Source: Laetmonice hystrix (taxonomy: Eukaryota). Taken from it: a DNA stretch of 64,000 nucleotides. The translations under genes were made by a program, and so were the position numbers. The notes beneath the pieces were generated by a model. It was given only the letters and a program-made list of their open reading frames with translations, was not told the origin of the DNA and did no database searches. The stretch covers positions 41,046,001 to 41,110,000 of the forward strand of contig OZ249436.1 of the NCBI GenBank assembly GCA_965235115.1, in the 5' to 3' direction. Positions 36,897 through 49,600 of the stretch are shown piece after piece. Every line of letters starts with the position of its first letter. Within the stretch, counting starts at the first letter, position 1.

Positions 36897-39092
36897 ATGG
36901 AGGACGCATCCCGGACCGGTCTTCTCCATGACGAGAGAAATGAAGGTCCACGGTCAGCTCCTGACAGGCAGCGGAACACAACCGCCATAACTAGTGTAAG
37001 TTGGACCGAAATACACCATGATATTGACGTATTGTCATATGATGGGTGATGTCTAGTCTGTAGAGGGAAGAAGGTTGGCCCCTAGCCCTAAGCCTAGCCC
37101 CTAACGTTATAGCTAAGGCCTACAATGGGCTAGGGGCCCGTCTCACTAAAGCCTAAAGGCTGGTTAATAACCAGATCGTTAAGTTAACATAGGAGTGAAT
37201 GGAAGGCTGCTGGTTACAGTAACCAGCAGCCTTCCATTCACTCCTATGTTAACTTAACGATCTGGTTATTAACCAGCCTTTAGTGAGACGGGCCCTAGCC
37301 TAGGGCGGCCTAGCCTCTTACATAGGCCGTGTGTACGGCCTATCATCTAGCGAACGGGGTGAGAACAAACGTTCTAGCGCAGAATGAATGTGCGCTAGCG
37401 CACCTCTTCTATCACTTCAAAAAAAAGATTGCCTTTACCTTCAGCTACTGAGCCCAATGAACTTACTTGGTGTTTCTCTAAGCAACAGATTCGGTCCATT
37501 TTCCAAACCAAGCGACCACTTTCCATAGTCTTACAACCGGCGCCATTTTTTTAAACCCACATCCGGGGTCAAGCTCACGAAGGGAGCAGTCATTTCAGAC
37601 GTTGGCTATTAGTTTGGCGCCATAATGGAGGAATTGCTGTTTGGTCTAGAATAATGAATGCTCCCCAGCTGGTCGCCAGTGTGCATGTTTTGAACATGCG
37701 CAGTAGAACAAACAGTATGGCGGCTAACGGCAGTGAACCAGCGCGATTCGGAATTTCGAAAGTCTGATTTATTAAAACTTTGGGCAAAAATCCTCGGAAA
37801 AGTGTGCAGCAGAGGAACAGAAGATGGGCTGCGTTAGAATTGACACCTCGACTGGCAGTAATGTGACACAAGTGTATCGTTTCAGCCCTACTATTTAGTT
37901 ATCACCATTTAAATTTAACCATTTTTTAACTTTGTGAATGAGAGAATGTGGAGGTGAAGTGGTGATATTATTATTGTTAATAAAATGATGTGCCTTTAAT
38001 AGTATCTTTAAACATGTACTGGTAATTTTATATTTTCCAGAGATTGATGCACCTGGCATTCATTGGAATTGTCATTATTATGGTCCTTGTAAGCATATTT
38101 TGTTCATATCAGTTTATTACAAATAATTGCTGAGGGCTAATGTGGTGTTGAGATATAATACCAGTTTATTACAAATAATTGCTGAGGGCTAATGTGGTGT
38201 TGACATATAATACCAGTTTATTACAAATAATTGCTGAGGGCTAATGTGGTGTTGACATATAATACCAGTTTATTACAAATAATTGCTGAGGGCTAATGTG
38301 GTGTTGACATATAATACCAGTTTATTACAAATAATTGCTGAGGGCTAATGTGGTGTTGAGATATAATACCAGTTTATTACAAATAATTGCTGAGGGTTAA
38401 TGTGGTGTTGAGATATAATACCAGTTTATTACAAATAATTGCTGAGGGTTAATGTGGTGTTGAGATATAATATGGTCAGGCATGTACACATTCCAGAGTA
38501 AAGCAAAGTCTTGTTATTTTTAAGTAACTTTTCGTTTTTTTAAATTTCGTTGAAGTATCAGAAATAAAGCACCTGTTAATTATGTGCTCTGTCTCGTTCT
38601 ACCATTACCGTCTGTAAAACTCTCAACACAGTTTACACCTATATTTGATCATTTTTACCGCAATATCTGTCCTTGTATACAAACACTAGCATACAGCAGC
38701 CGTGTTATTTGATGCTGTATATGTTCATTATACAGGTAACGTTAATCGTGAGTATATATCGCAGCGCCACAGCGCCATCTGGTGGTTTATACATCATGCT
38801 AGGCCTCAGTCTCCTCGGTTTTGTCGTTGTGGAGCTGATAATGGTAAGTAGTATTACACAATGACACAGAGTACCATAACTCTCAGTTAATAACAATTCT
38901 GAGGAATTATATTGAAGTATTGTTAGAAAATCATAATGAAATTGAAACTTCCCAGTTAATATTAATTATCTTTTGCAGGTGCACTTCCTGAAGAAAGGCG
39001 ATTTGCCAGAGGGAAAGACATGGTTCGTTTACTTTGTGGGGGGATGCGTGGTTTTAGAATCAATATTCACAGATGTGCTACTGTCTCAGTGA
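36897..39092 (+). CDS. TMEM243: TMEM243-like small multi-pass membrane protein
   Basis: Exons 36897-36995 (MEDASRT..., donor GTAAGT) or alternative 37824-37871 (MGCVRID...), then 38041-38088, 38736-38843, 38979-39092, all phase 0. RLMHLAFIGIVIIMVL|VTLIVSI..P...LYIMLGLSL...LIM|VHFLKKGDL parallels TMEM243 RIINL...LLIL-VTLIS...IYWYRQGDL as I recall it. Confidence 0.82.
37134..37295. mobile_element. Hairpin MITE, PIF/Harbinger-like
   Basis: About 64-bp perfectly complementary inner arms with a 1-nt loop; termini gggcccgtctcac / gtgagacgggccc; TAG direct repeat on both flanks. Confidence 0.85.
37439..37526 (-). CDS. Probable upstream exon of the deoxyribonucleotidase gene
   Basis: ATG 37526, MESGRLVWKMDRICC...VAE, phase-1 donor G|GTAAAG joins in frame to the acceptor tttcttgacatttcag| at 33245; may instead be 5' UTR. 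Confidence 0.55.
37540..37725. promoter_or_regulatory. Candidate bidirectional housekeeping-type promoter
   Basis: Divergent YY1-like ATGGCG motifs at about 37546 (-) and 37717 (+), NRF1-like CATGCGCA near 37696; lies between divergent first exons. Confidence 0.5.
38110..38472. repeat. 52-bp minisatellite, 7 copies, intronic
   Basis: Unit cagtttattacaaataattgctgagggctaatgtggtgttgagatataatac. Confidence 0.95.
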
Positions 39093-39908
39093 GAGTTCCA
39101 CTTTGTGTGTGTAAGATGTCACATACTACTGTTATCGGTAGCAGCATACTTACAGATCTGAACTATGGGTTACATCGGGTCAGTTCTGCTGTGACAAAGT
39201 ACGTGATGTATACTTATTGTTTTCATTTGAACTAGACCCTAAGGTTACATGGGTCAGTTCTGCTGTGACAGAGTACGTGATGTATACATATTAGTGTTTT
39301 CATTTGAACTAGACCCTAAGGGTTACATGGGTCAGTTCTGCTGTGTTGAAGTACATGTTTGTGTTTATGACATCCAATGGGTTTCAGTGGTTATACATTA
39401 CGTATATATTATACAACACGTAAACCTCCGTTAAAACCGTCTTTATTTACCGGAGTTTTACCCGTCATGATCTGAGATATACCATCTGGTGTGAAAATCA
39501 CAGTAAAAACATTCCGTGCGCTAAATATTACTGCCGATATGTGTGTCATCCGTTACACTCAAAGCATACGTTTGGAGGACTGCCATGCCTCATCTCGCGA
39601 GAACTCTTCAGATCATATTATTTATGCAAGAAGGCGAATGGTGAGGTCTATTAGAAAGTTATATTTTCCTCGACAGAAACAATTAGGGGTTGTAAGTGTA
39701 CCACGAACAGGTCAACCATGGCAATGTTGTATTTCAATGTAAAATCAGTAAGACATCACTTTGGATGTATGTTGTATGGGATCTAACGTGGCCCATGGAC
39801 TTACAACTCGACAAGATTGACTTGTGGACAAAGTTTACTTCAAGATGCGTTCCAAACGTACATTCAAGCGGAGAGGCATAAAGAATGAGAGGCTGACAAT
39901 AAGATATA

Positions 39909-40690
39909 CAGTAGAACCTCACCTAACGACCACCTCAGAACTAAGACCACCTCAAAAATACGACCACTTTTGAGCAGTCCCAGAATTATCCCTATATTTT
40001 CAATGCATTTAAGTTTCAGAAATACGACCACCTCGGAATTCACTTTTACGACCACTTATTTCAGTCCCAAATTGGATTCAACCTCACAATAACGACCAGT
40101 CAGTGACCAGATGGAGTGGCTGGCAGTGTTTGTACATGTAGTTGTAAGACAATGGGAGGTGCGACTTGGATTAACAGACCCGGCCGAGGTGCTTCTGCCC
40201 ACCTTGACCCTAAATAACAGCAGTGTTTGTAGAGACTTTATGAACACAATGGGAGGTGCGACTTGGATTAAAGGGCCGAGGTGTTTCTGTCCACCTAGAC
40301 CCTACTTGAGTCACTATAAACCGAGACTGATTTTTGTATCCCACACACTTGTTCCTGTTCATCCAACTCAGTCTTGTCATAGTTTTCAGTTATTCCCAAG
40401 TTTTAGAGTGTTTCAAGTTGGTCTTTCTCTTCATGCAAATAAACACTGGAAAAGAATATCGGAGGCCTATAAATTATGTAAATGTAGGCCTATGAATCTT
40501 TGTCTATTGCATCCTTTACTGATATCATGCTGATATACCTATGAGCATCCCTAATCCAGGTTAAATGATAGGCCTCCCCTATACCCAAAACCCTTCCTAA
40601 TCCAGGTCAAATTTCAGAATTACGACCATCTCAGAATTACGACCACTTTCGGCCAGTCCCTCAGGTGGTCGTATTTGTGAGGTTCTACTG
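39909..40690. mobile_element. Tc1/mariner-pogo (Tigger-like) non-autonomous element
   Basis: TA|CAGTAGAACCTCAC ... GTGAGGTTCTACTG|TA with gaccacct subterminal repeats. Confidence 0.8.
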
Positions 40691-42229
40691 TAAATATAGC
40701 GACAAAAAGAAACGCTTGTGTGTCATAAAGTGAATCTGGTAAATCTGCCAGGGAATTATATATATGCCATGTATGCGCGTGTTCAGAATAATTACTCAGT
40801 TGCAACGTTCAATTTAAAAAATGTTCTGTTTATGGATAGTTCTCCTTAGAATTTTGTCATCTGCTCAAGAGAGCAGTAACGATATTCTAGGATTTGTGTC
40901 AACTCATTGCAAGTTGAGAGTGATTCACTATAGATCTGCGTGTTGCAGAACAACTTGTTGCTATTTTTGTTATAGTTAGACATTAGTAAGGATTTGGAAT
41001 ACAAGCCAAAGATTCTTTCTTGAAGGTTAACAAAAGATTGTCTTTCTGTATTGTGACAGTTCGAGTGAATAGATCTGTTTGTGATAATATTGGTACATGT
41101 AGTGCTAAAGTGCAGAATGTACGAGAGCTTTAAAAAGTTACAAGACTAACATCTCAGGTGTTAGAAACTCAAAGGATATTGTGTTAACGGGCGAATCTCG
41201 AAAATATAAAGTCTGAGAATGAAGCACGGGAATTTATACTATGGTTTTAGGTGTCATTTTTGCGCAACCACAGGTGTTCTTCAGATTATTTTTTTAAGCA
41301 TAAATTTCAATGGATACCACAGCTTTCAACCTTTACTCAAGTTGTAGCGCCCAGAGGGAAGAGATGTGGTCACATGTCGGTAGTATGTTCAGTCATGGTG
41401 CATGAGAATATAGTGTTTGTACATGTAGAACGTGCTGATAGTTCCGGGGTCGGTGTGGGGCGAGGTGATGCGGCCCCCATTCACCCGGAACGTTTCAGAT
41501 GTGTGTCTACACAGGGTTCGTCGAACGCAGAGATAAAGCGCTTTTTTGCGACCGCAATATTTTTTTGAACATGACGTGCATGAAACTGATAGCAACGTCA
41601 TTGTAAGTGATAGTTTACCATGACTGGGGATTTTTCTACGTCTACGTCAGTCTACGTGCCGTGTGAAACTTGATGGAAATAAACGTCTCCACTCCACTCA
41701 TCAGGGACACACAGTCATGTCAACATGCGGTAAACATCGCTTTATTACTACAGTGAATTATATTACCCGCCAAGCACTGCCGCTATATACTAGTGCATAC
41801 ATGTACTATTACTAATAATATTGTGTGTGCATACATGTACACAGGGTGACTCATGTGTGCATACATGTACACAGGGTGACTCCTATAAAATGTCCAGACA
41901 AAATTATTTTCATTACCGTAAGCGTGCTGAACGAAGTAACCCATAAATTTTAATGGATCAACTGATTGTGATGAAATATAGACTATTTTGTGCAAAAATA
42001 TTTCCTATCATAACGCATGAAAAATGACAAGGTCTGTAGGCGGAACTTTGAAACGCCCTGTATAAAACTTGCCGTTACTAGGTTTCATTTATCCAGCCTT
42101 CTGGATCATGGCTTTATCAGTGGTAGTCTGAGAACGTGAAGGGTGTCATCGATACATTGCTCATTCGTAAACTATTGTTCCAGCTATACATGTACATGGA
42201 TTATGTATCATTCTGAGGCGTTAGCATTA

Positions 42230-43090
42230 TATCGGGTGGATAAAAAAAAACGCCCCGAACTTCGAACTTTAATATTTCAAAAACTATGCATTATAATTTC
42301 ATAAAATTTCTCTTACTATTACTTCATGATATTATCTCTGGTATGTTAATGTTTCAGCTCAATAGCTTTGATATTAATCCCGTGGCGCTAAAACCAAAAA
42401 TCATTGTCTAAAAGCGCAATGCCGGAATTAGGTCAAATATCATGCAGCTGCCAGGTGTCCAATTTGATACCTGTTTGATGCACCGCGTTGTACCTTGGGT
42501 AAAAAATGTTTCAATATTTAGTTTTTGCATGTTTTACAATATGTATAATGTTGTGGACCACTAGATATAATAAATTATGTGCTATTTTCCTAGTACTTCT
42601 AGAGAAAACCAGATGTTTACTGTGCCAAACCCTACAGAGAAACTGCAACATTAGGACGATAGACTGTAACCAGAAGTTCAAGGGAAATCGTATCATTATC
42701 ACGTTTATAAACACGCTCAGAACGTTGCGTATTTCCCAATGTTGGGAAGATATTTCCCTATCAGAGATCAGGAAGTGCATTGGCTCATGGAAAAAGAGAC
42801 TGAAAGCAGTATGAAGTGAAAACGGGGGACCGATTGATCACCTACTCTAGTGTGAGGCCAGGGACTCGGGGTGCGACTACAACTCGCTTTAGGCCGGCAT
42901 TGCGCTTTTGTACAATGATTTTTGTTTTTAGCGCCACGGAAATATTATCCAAGCTATTGAGTTGTAACATTAACAACTAAGAGACAACATCATGAAGTGA
43001 TATTAGGAAAAATTTCATTGAATTATAATTATTGTTTTTTGAGATATTGAAGTTTAAAGTTCGGGGCGTTTTTTTTTTATCCACCCGATA
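42230..43090 (+). mobile_element. Tc1/mariner-family deletion derivative, copy 1
   Basis: Long imperfect TIRs starting tcgggtggataaaaaaaaacgccccgaactt, TATA flanks; transposase C-terminal remnant LRISQCWEDISLSEIRKCIGSWKKRLKAV*SENGGPIDHL. Confidence 0.85.
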
Positions 43091-43675
43091 TATATCAAAC
43101 GACATGCCACGATGACATCACTTGAAAATAAGTTCAAAAGTGGATATTATCGTTTATAATAGTGTACCTCACAAAGGACCACTATAGGCGCCAGGCGATT
43201 TGCTGAACATTTTTACATACATGTAGTAACTTGTGTAGGTCGACGTGATGATTACACGATTAAGTGATCTTTTTGTCGAGTAAGTAAAACCTTAATTAAA
43301 GGCCCACTGCATACTTGTCGAAGAGAGTGGCGCCCCCTGGATATCCGGCCCAAGTCTGTTTCATAATCTATTCCACTCACCTATAAAAACCTATTGATAT
43401 CGCACTGAAAATATGACTTAGCTGTTTCAAATAATGCACGTAATAATTTTTACTATACGGACAAGTTGAGCTACGCCTACAATATTCATTTTTATGGAAT
43501 TGATGTGGGGAACTCTGTTCTGTGCGGAGGTACACAACAGCCCAGGTTAACACGGAATTCAAAGTATACAATGGGCTTTTAAGCGTCATTCCTTGGATTT
43601 CGAAATAATCTGTATTAATAAATCATGAATACCGTGTAGTTATTCTGTTATTTCGTTCATGGTGTTATCTTAAAA

Positions 43676-46600
43676 CTACATGGGTCCACATGAAATGGGA
43701 CATGTGATTGGTTTCAAACTCCAATTAGAACCATTTAGTGGAGCACACAGTGGATCTTCGGCGTATGGATTTAAACCAAGCATAAAAAATATAAAATTAA
43801 GTAGTCGTTGAAACCAGCTAAGTTGGGTAAAACCAAAGTTCGGTCGGAAGAATGTCTTGTGGCCTTTTCCAATCACGTAACTGTGGAAAGCGAGGAAACA
43901 AATTCCCCACGAAATTGATATGACCGCTGCTATTAAAGAGGAGGACAACCAGGGTTGTTCCCGCAAAATCAGCCACAAATCCGTGTACGCAACTGGGACA
44001 TCGCTCTGCAGGAAGCGCTCCTTGAGAGAAGTCAGTCCTAAGAAGAGGAAAAGCGATTCTGAAATCTTGACGCAGAGGACAAACCAGAGGAATATACGAT
44101 GGTTCCGGTACGCAATACATCGACCGAGGTAAAGGCAGTGGTGGTCCATGCCAGCGAAACAGGCATCACACAATTTGCAGTGTTTGGTCCACGGTTGAGG
44201 CATGATCTAAAGACAAGTACAACATACAAAGGTTATTTTTATTTGCTTTATGTACTCCATAAAACTCCTGAAACAGAGCAAAAATTATGTCTCCTCGTCC
44301 ATGTGGTAGCGGTCGATTTTGTGGATGCCTGTGACATGCAGACCCCATTGGGGGCATACGGCCGCTGAGAGCCACAGGCGTTCCCCCGAAAGTAGACAAC
44401 AAAAAGGGCAGAGTTTTGGATGGCGAAACCGATCCCGTTTATGAGTAGATAGTCAATGAAGGAGAAGGGAAAGGTCAAGGGAGGTAAGGGGGAGAATGGT
44501 ATAACTATAGCGATATTACATAGTAAATTTTGTGTATTAACAATTTTTTATATTGCATTATTCTATAAATGTAATATTATAGTAGGCTAATTAAAGCTCT
44601 AGTATAAAGACCTGTCACAGATGGAGACTATTATAGCTTCACCAAAGAAACGTTCAAGAGAATAACGTCTCACCTCGCAGTTTAGACAGAAGGCAGCGAT
44701 AGGTCTTGTACCTTTACCGATGTCTTCGATCGTGTATCTTGATCCATCTGGTCTTTTCTCCGACACTTTCACTTTACCTGCGCACAGTCAGGGGAAACCT
44801 TTACTGTCAAATTAACATTTGAACCTACATTTTCAATTTGTTAAATAATTAATTTCACGTCGTAACGTATCTGCCTGATATCTTTACGGACTCCGTTATT
44901 TTTTATTTCTTAATCCTAGTATCCTTATTATTATGAGAGAGCGGTATGTTAAAATTTGGTGCAAGTGCCTCAGAACTGAACGGGAGGCCTATTCTTACCT
45001 GGATCAATAGTTTTCAGAATACAGAATAGAGTGATATTGATGACTTCCAATAGGCCGGTAGAAATCGTTGTTATATCACAGAGGTGAAGGGCGATATAGG
45101 TCAAGGATGCAACCTTTCCTTCTCAATGTCTCACATGACGTGCTATGTTAGAATGACATACATGTAGTATAGCGCCGGGTGGTAGGGGAAACGGTTTCAA
45201 ACCGGGGCAAAGGCCAAAGCGGAACCCGGGGCAAAGTGAAATAGAGATAGGCCTATCGGTGCCGCCATCTACATGTAACTTTTATCATTAAAAGCCCTGT
45301 TGATGACACTGTTTCCGGTAGCAGCCATGGATAGATCTATGCATCAGTCTGATATGTAGGCCTACAGTTATTGAGGTCAATTCTCTTTTGTATATATGCC
45401 TACATGACATTCAACCAATAATTTTCCAGACTAAATAATCTACTAAAGGAGTATACTGTGTTATTCCTACTAGGCCTATGTGTACCATTCGGGAATCCTC
45501 GGCCATATCTTCGAAAGTAGCCTCGGGTGAAATAGGTGCCATTTTGAGCATTGCATCGCGGGTACATTTAGCCGGGACTCTCGACAGCATGGCAGTGCCT
45601 GCAGTATTTTGTCTGCATCAGGCATGGAAGCAACTAAAATAGGCCTACAATGCTTTCCCCGAAGTCAGTGGGCAATATTACAATAGTATCATGCCATGAT
45701 ACAACTTAAATTACAACATGATTACAAGTAGTCCTACCATGTGTCGGGCCAGTGTCGTACATGGGCGCGGCCATATTGCTTCCCAGAATTTGATAAATTA
45801 CCGTATTGACGCCCATTTAGGTAAATTGGGTGATTCATGTTTCTTTTTCAAACGTTCCCCTTCATACCAGAAATTTATATTTGCACATACAACGCCGAAG
45901 GAGCAGGTGTCAATAATGCACTACTTCCTGGCTCGATGGGATATGACGGTTCACTCAGTGCCTCGCTACACACCTCTATTTGGCCGTGTATCTGGTTGCC
46001 AAACATGGCCGCTATTCCACCCGAGGGTATATTCGAATAGCAGGAAGTGACGTCATATGCCCGAGGGAGTCCCGAATGTGTGTGTACGTGTTTTGGCTTT
46101 CCAATATGCAAGGATACTTGGGAAGACTCTTGTGTAGAAGCAAATAATCCGATTCAGCTGGGCCTCCACGAGAAATCCCATAAATATCGGATTTGCACAC
46201 CTGTCAAAAGAAGGAAACGAATGCAACTGGAAACCAACAGTGGTGATGGTTTGTTTAACTTAAGCCAATGCTCTTCAATTGTTGTATTCGGGCCAGTAGG
46301 TTCTACAGCAAAACTTTAAATTTAAAGGGATTGTGACGTGTCTCGCCCTCCAGATCGACCGGAATTTTCAGATTTAGGCTTACATGATCGTCACCACTGA
46401 CGTACTTATTGGCACTGAATATTTTTCATATTAATTCTATGAGTAAACAGCTGTGAAATTATCCCAGGTGGTGAAAAAAAATTGCAAAAACTAGCCCGAG
46501 TGCGTGTAAACATGATGAATGCCGCCGTTTTGGCACGTCGCCAAACGTTGTGTTGTTGTGGTGTATAGAGCACACATTCGGTAACATTCCGCAGCGAATG

Positions 46601-49600
46601 TAGTTTCCCGATTTTTCCCGAGAATAATGCTGACAATATTCAAAATATTTCCTTTTCGCTAGTACAAATCGAGTGTCTAGGCTATATTGCGAATAATGAC
46701 AGAAGGGGTCTGAGCTTCTAATTTGCACAGACTGCATAATTTGCATAGCCGTGTGCGTAGGAATATGAAAAACAACTACCCGGGTCTCGGAACCCAAGTA
46801 TAGGCTACACATGTAGCTAAGATTTGCCGACTTTTAGAATTTATTATATACCGTCAAGTCCACATAGAAAGGCAGGGGAGCTTTGGATCATATCGGAGAA
46901 CCGCAATGTAGACATTTCTTTTTGTGAATCGCCACGTATGACTTAAAATTCGTGAGATACTCCCTTTAACTATTACAGTCAAACAACTTATTTATAGGAA
47001 TGACTCTGACCTGCTGATGTGGTTCATTCTATGTCCCTGTACCGCTAAGACGGAAAGGACAGAGACAACATTGAGGATGACGAGGTAGCTAGAGTACTTG
47101 GGGAAGGAGCAGACAGCAGTCAGTCCGACGAGATAGACTAGGAGCGGTAAAGTGAACATAAACCGCCACTGCCAGCCCCGACCGTCAGACTCCTGCTGCT
47201 CGGTGGACCCCTGCTGACGGCACCCCTCGCCGCTGTAGTAGTGTCTCAGTAGTTTTTTCACCATCTTGAATCTATAGGAATAGGAAAATACAGGCTCGTT
47301 ACTTCAATCATATTATTGAGGGGGCTATAGATAACTCCCATTGAATTATTGAGGGGGATAGGTGAACAGTCTCTAGTAAAATAGGCTAATTATAGGCACC
47401 ACCAGGAATTACGGCCCTGAAATACATACTGTATCCAGATATATGTTGGTAAACGGCCCAGCTGATTGGTCCGTAGATCTATAACCTTACATGAACAACT
47501 ATAGAATTTTAGAATTGACGTCAATATCCTGCTACATGTATATAGAAACAGAGGTGTCAATTCGGATGCTTTCGCCTACCTTGATTAGAAAGTTGAAATT
47601 CAATTCAATTCACGAAATTGAAACATATTGCATAGGCCTATACACTTTCTTCGTAAGCTGCAAACGATAGCTACTTTACAACTTTATCCCCCCCCCCTTT
47701 CTTTTTTCCCCTTCTTGTTCTTTCTTCTCTTTTTTTCAATCTTGATCAAATATAGCCCTACCTGTGGCTCTTTACTCGATATGGTTGAACCCACTCCATT
47801 GGGGATTGATCCTGACGGTTTGTCTGATGGAGGAGGGCACCGCCTCCAGCACGTAACAACAACCAAGACACCATCCAGTGTCCGTCCCGAACCGATACCT
47901 CCAGGGGCGTCTCCCCGCAACTGTTTAACAGCGTCAGATCGGAGCGCTGGACAGAGGAAAGGGCTTCGCAATAAATAAACATTTTAATTTCTATTGGGTT
48001 AAAAGGGGCGCGTCTCTGCCGGTCTGCATATAGGACCTAAATTTGGCTGGCCTATATGTAGGCATTGATTATCATCGTTAACAAGTCCGCGTAGAATCTA
48101 TACTCCCTCCGCGTTTCCGCAGATGTAAGAAATGAACATGTTCACTGAATCATTATCCTCCCAAAGATCACGGGCACTGTAAATAAATGCTAATCAGGGG
48201 CGCCGCTGCCTATTTCAAAGTGGGGGGGACAATCTTGGTGTGATTGACCTTCCCCCCCCCCCCCCAGATTTATGTACCATAAGAATTGCAAAATAACAGT
48301 GTATTCACCCCCCGGGGCGGATCCAAGATTTTTTGTTGCACGGGGGGGGGGGGGGTCAGAAAGTGCCCGCGCTGAGAGGGGGGGGGGCTCCGACTGAAAA
48401 TGTTTGGGAATATAAAAGGCCATAGATGCTATTTCCCGGCTTCTCAGCATCAAACTAAAGAGCTTTCGGTGCCGACCTTTTGCTCAAAATTAATGTATTA
48501 GGCCTAATCAGGGAGGGATTCAGGGGGCTTGCCCCCCTTAGATATTCCTTTTTTGTATGAAGATGTATTACTATTAGGCCTAGTAGGGGGCCTACCGTTA
48601 CAATGAAATCATGCCGAGCGTAGCGAGGCTAAAATTTTTTTTAGGTGGACCCCACCTGGCCCTTGACATCACAAGAAACAGTATCAAGCAATATTTATCA
48701 GAAGCAAAAACAGTTGACGATTAAGCCTAAAACATACTTTTCAAAAGTACCAAATAAAATAGAGACCCTCCCCATCCTACTTGCCACTCTCTATTCTACC
48801 ACACTAGACCTAGTAAAAAATTGGTAAACCTCACTCATTAATAATAAATGAATACATGGCCTAACGCTGTCAGACAATAATTAAAGCGTGGCCTAGATTT
48901 CCTAGAGCTAAATAATAGACCTGAATATTCAGGTCTATATGAGCTAAACAGATCCAGCTTTTTCAAGTAGGGGGGTCCATCGTTTTTAGGGGCGCAACCG
49001 GAGTGACTGTACGAGCACCGAAGGCCCAAAGCCTTGCTAAGGGGTCCGGGGGCATGCCCCCCGGAAAGTTTTCAAATTCAAGGTGTAATTTAGTGAAATC
49101 TGATGCATTTTGGAGCACAAAATAAGCTATTTAAAGACCAATTATGTCAAAAGTCTTATGTAGCCCTACAATGCCGCGAGACGCCATTAACGGCAGGAGG
49201 GGCGCCATGAAACTTTAGGGGGGTCCAGGCCCTATGTGACCCCCTCCCCTGGATCCGCCAGTGTGGTAGGACAGAGATACACCGGGAAGCTGCAGGGGGC
49301 CTGGGCCGCGGTTAGGCCCATATTAATTATACAAGAGCAAATCATAGACCTATCTCCTAAACACATAGTCCTAGGCCTATATTATAGGCGAAAGCCATGA
49401 TTAAAAATGATTAAAATCTATCTTAAATTTGCCTCCCATGGGCTATTGACCTTAAAAAGCAGGCATATGGAGTATAAGAAGACCTGTAGACCTATTAGGC
49501 CTAGCTTCAACTTCAAGGAGCCTTTGACCTTTTTAGGTCGCCAGCAAAAGTGGGGGGGACATGTCCCCCCCGTCCCCCCGGCAGCGGCGCCCCTGCTAAT

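Noticed and set aside
38736..38764. Possible 12-nt microexon followed by a 17-nt intron
   Set aside because: The intron is too short, and read-through gives a continuous TMEM243-like exon.
42506..42814. Functional transposase
   Set aside because: Only a C-terminal remnant with a stop codon; no catalytic DDD/E core.
43676..43690. C-terminal CGPM of the DHHC protein as a CaaX prenylation signal
   Set aside because: Gly-Pro are poor aliphatic positions; no other support.
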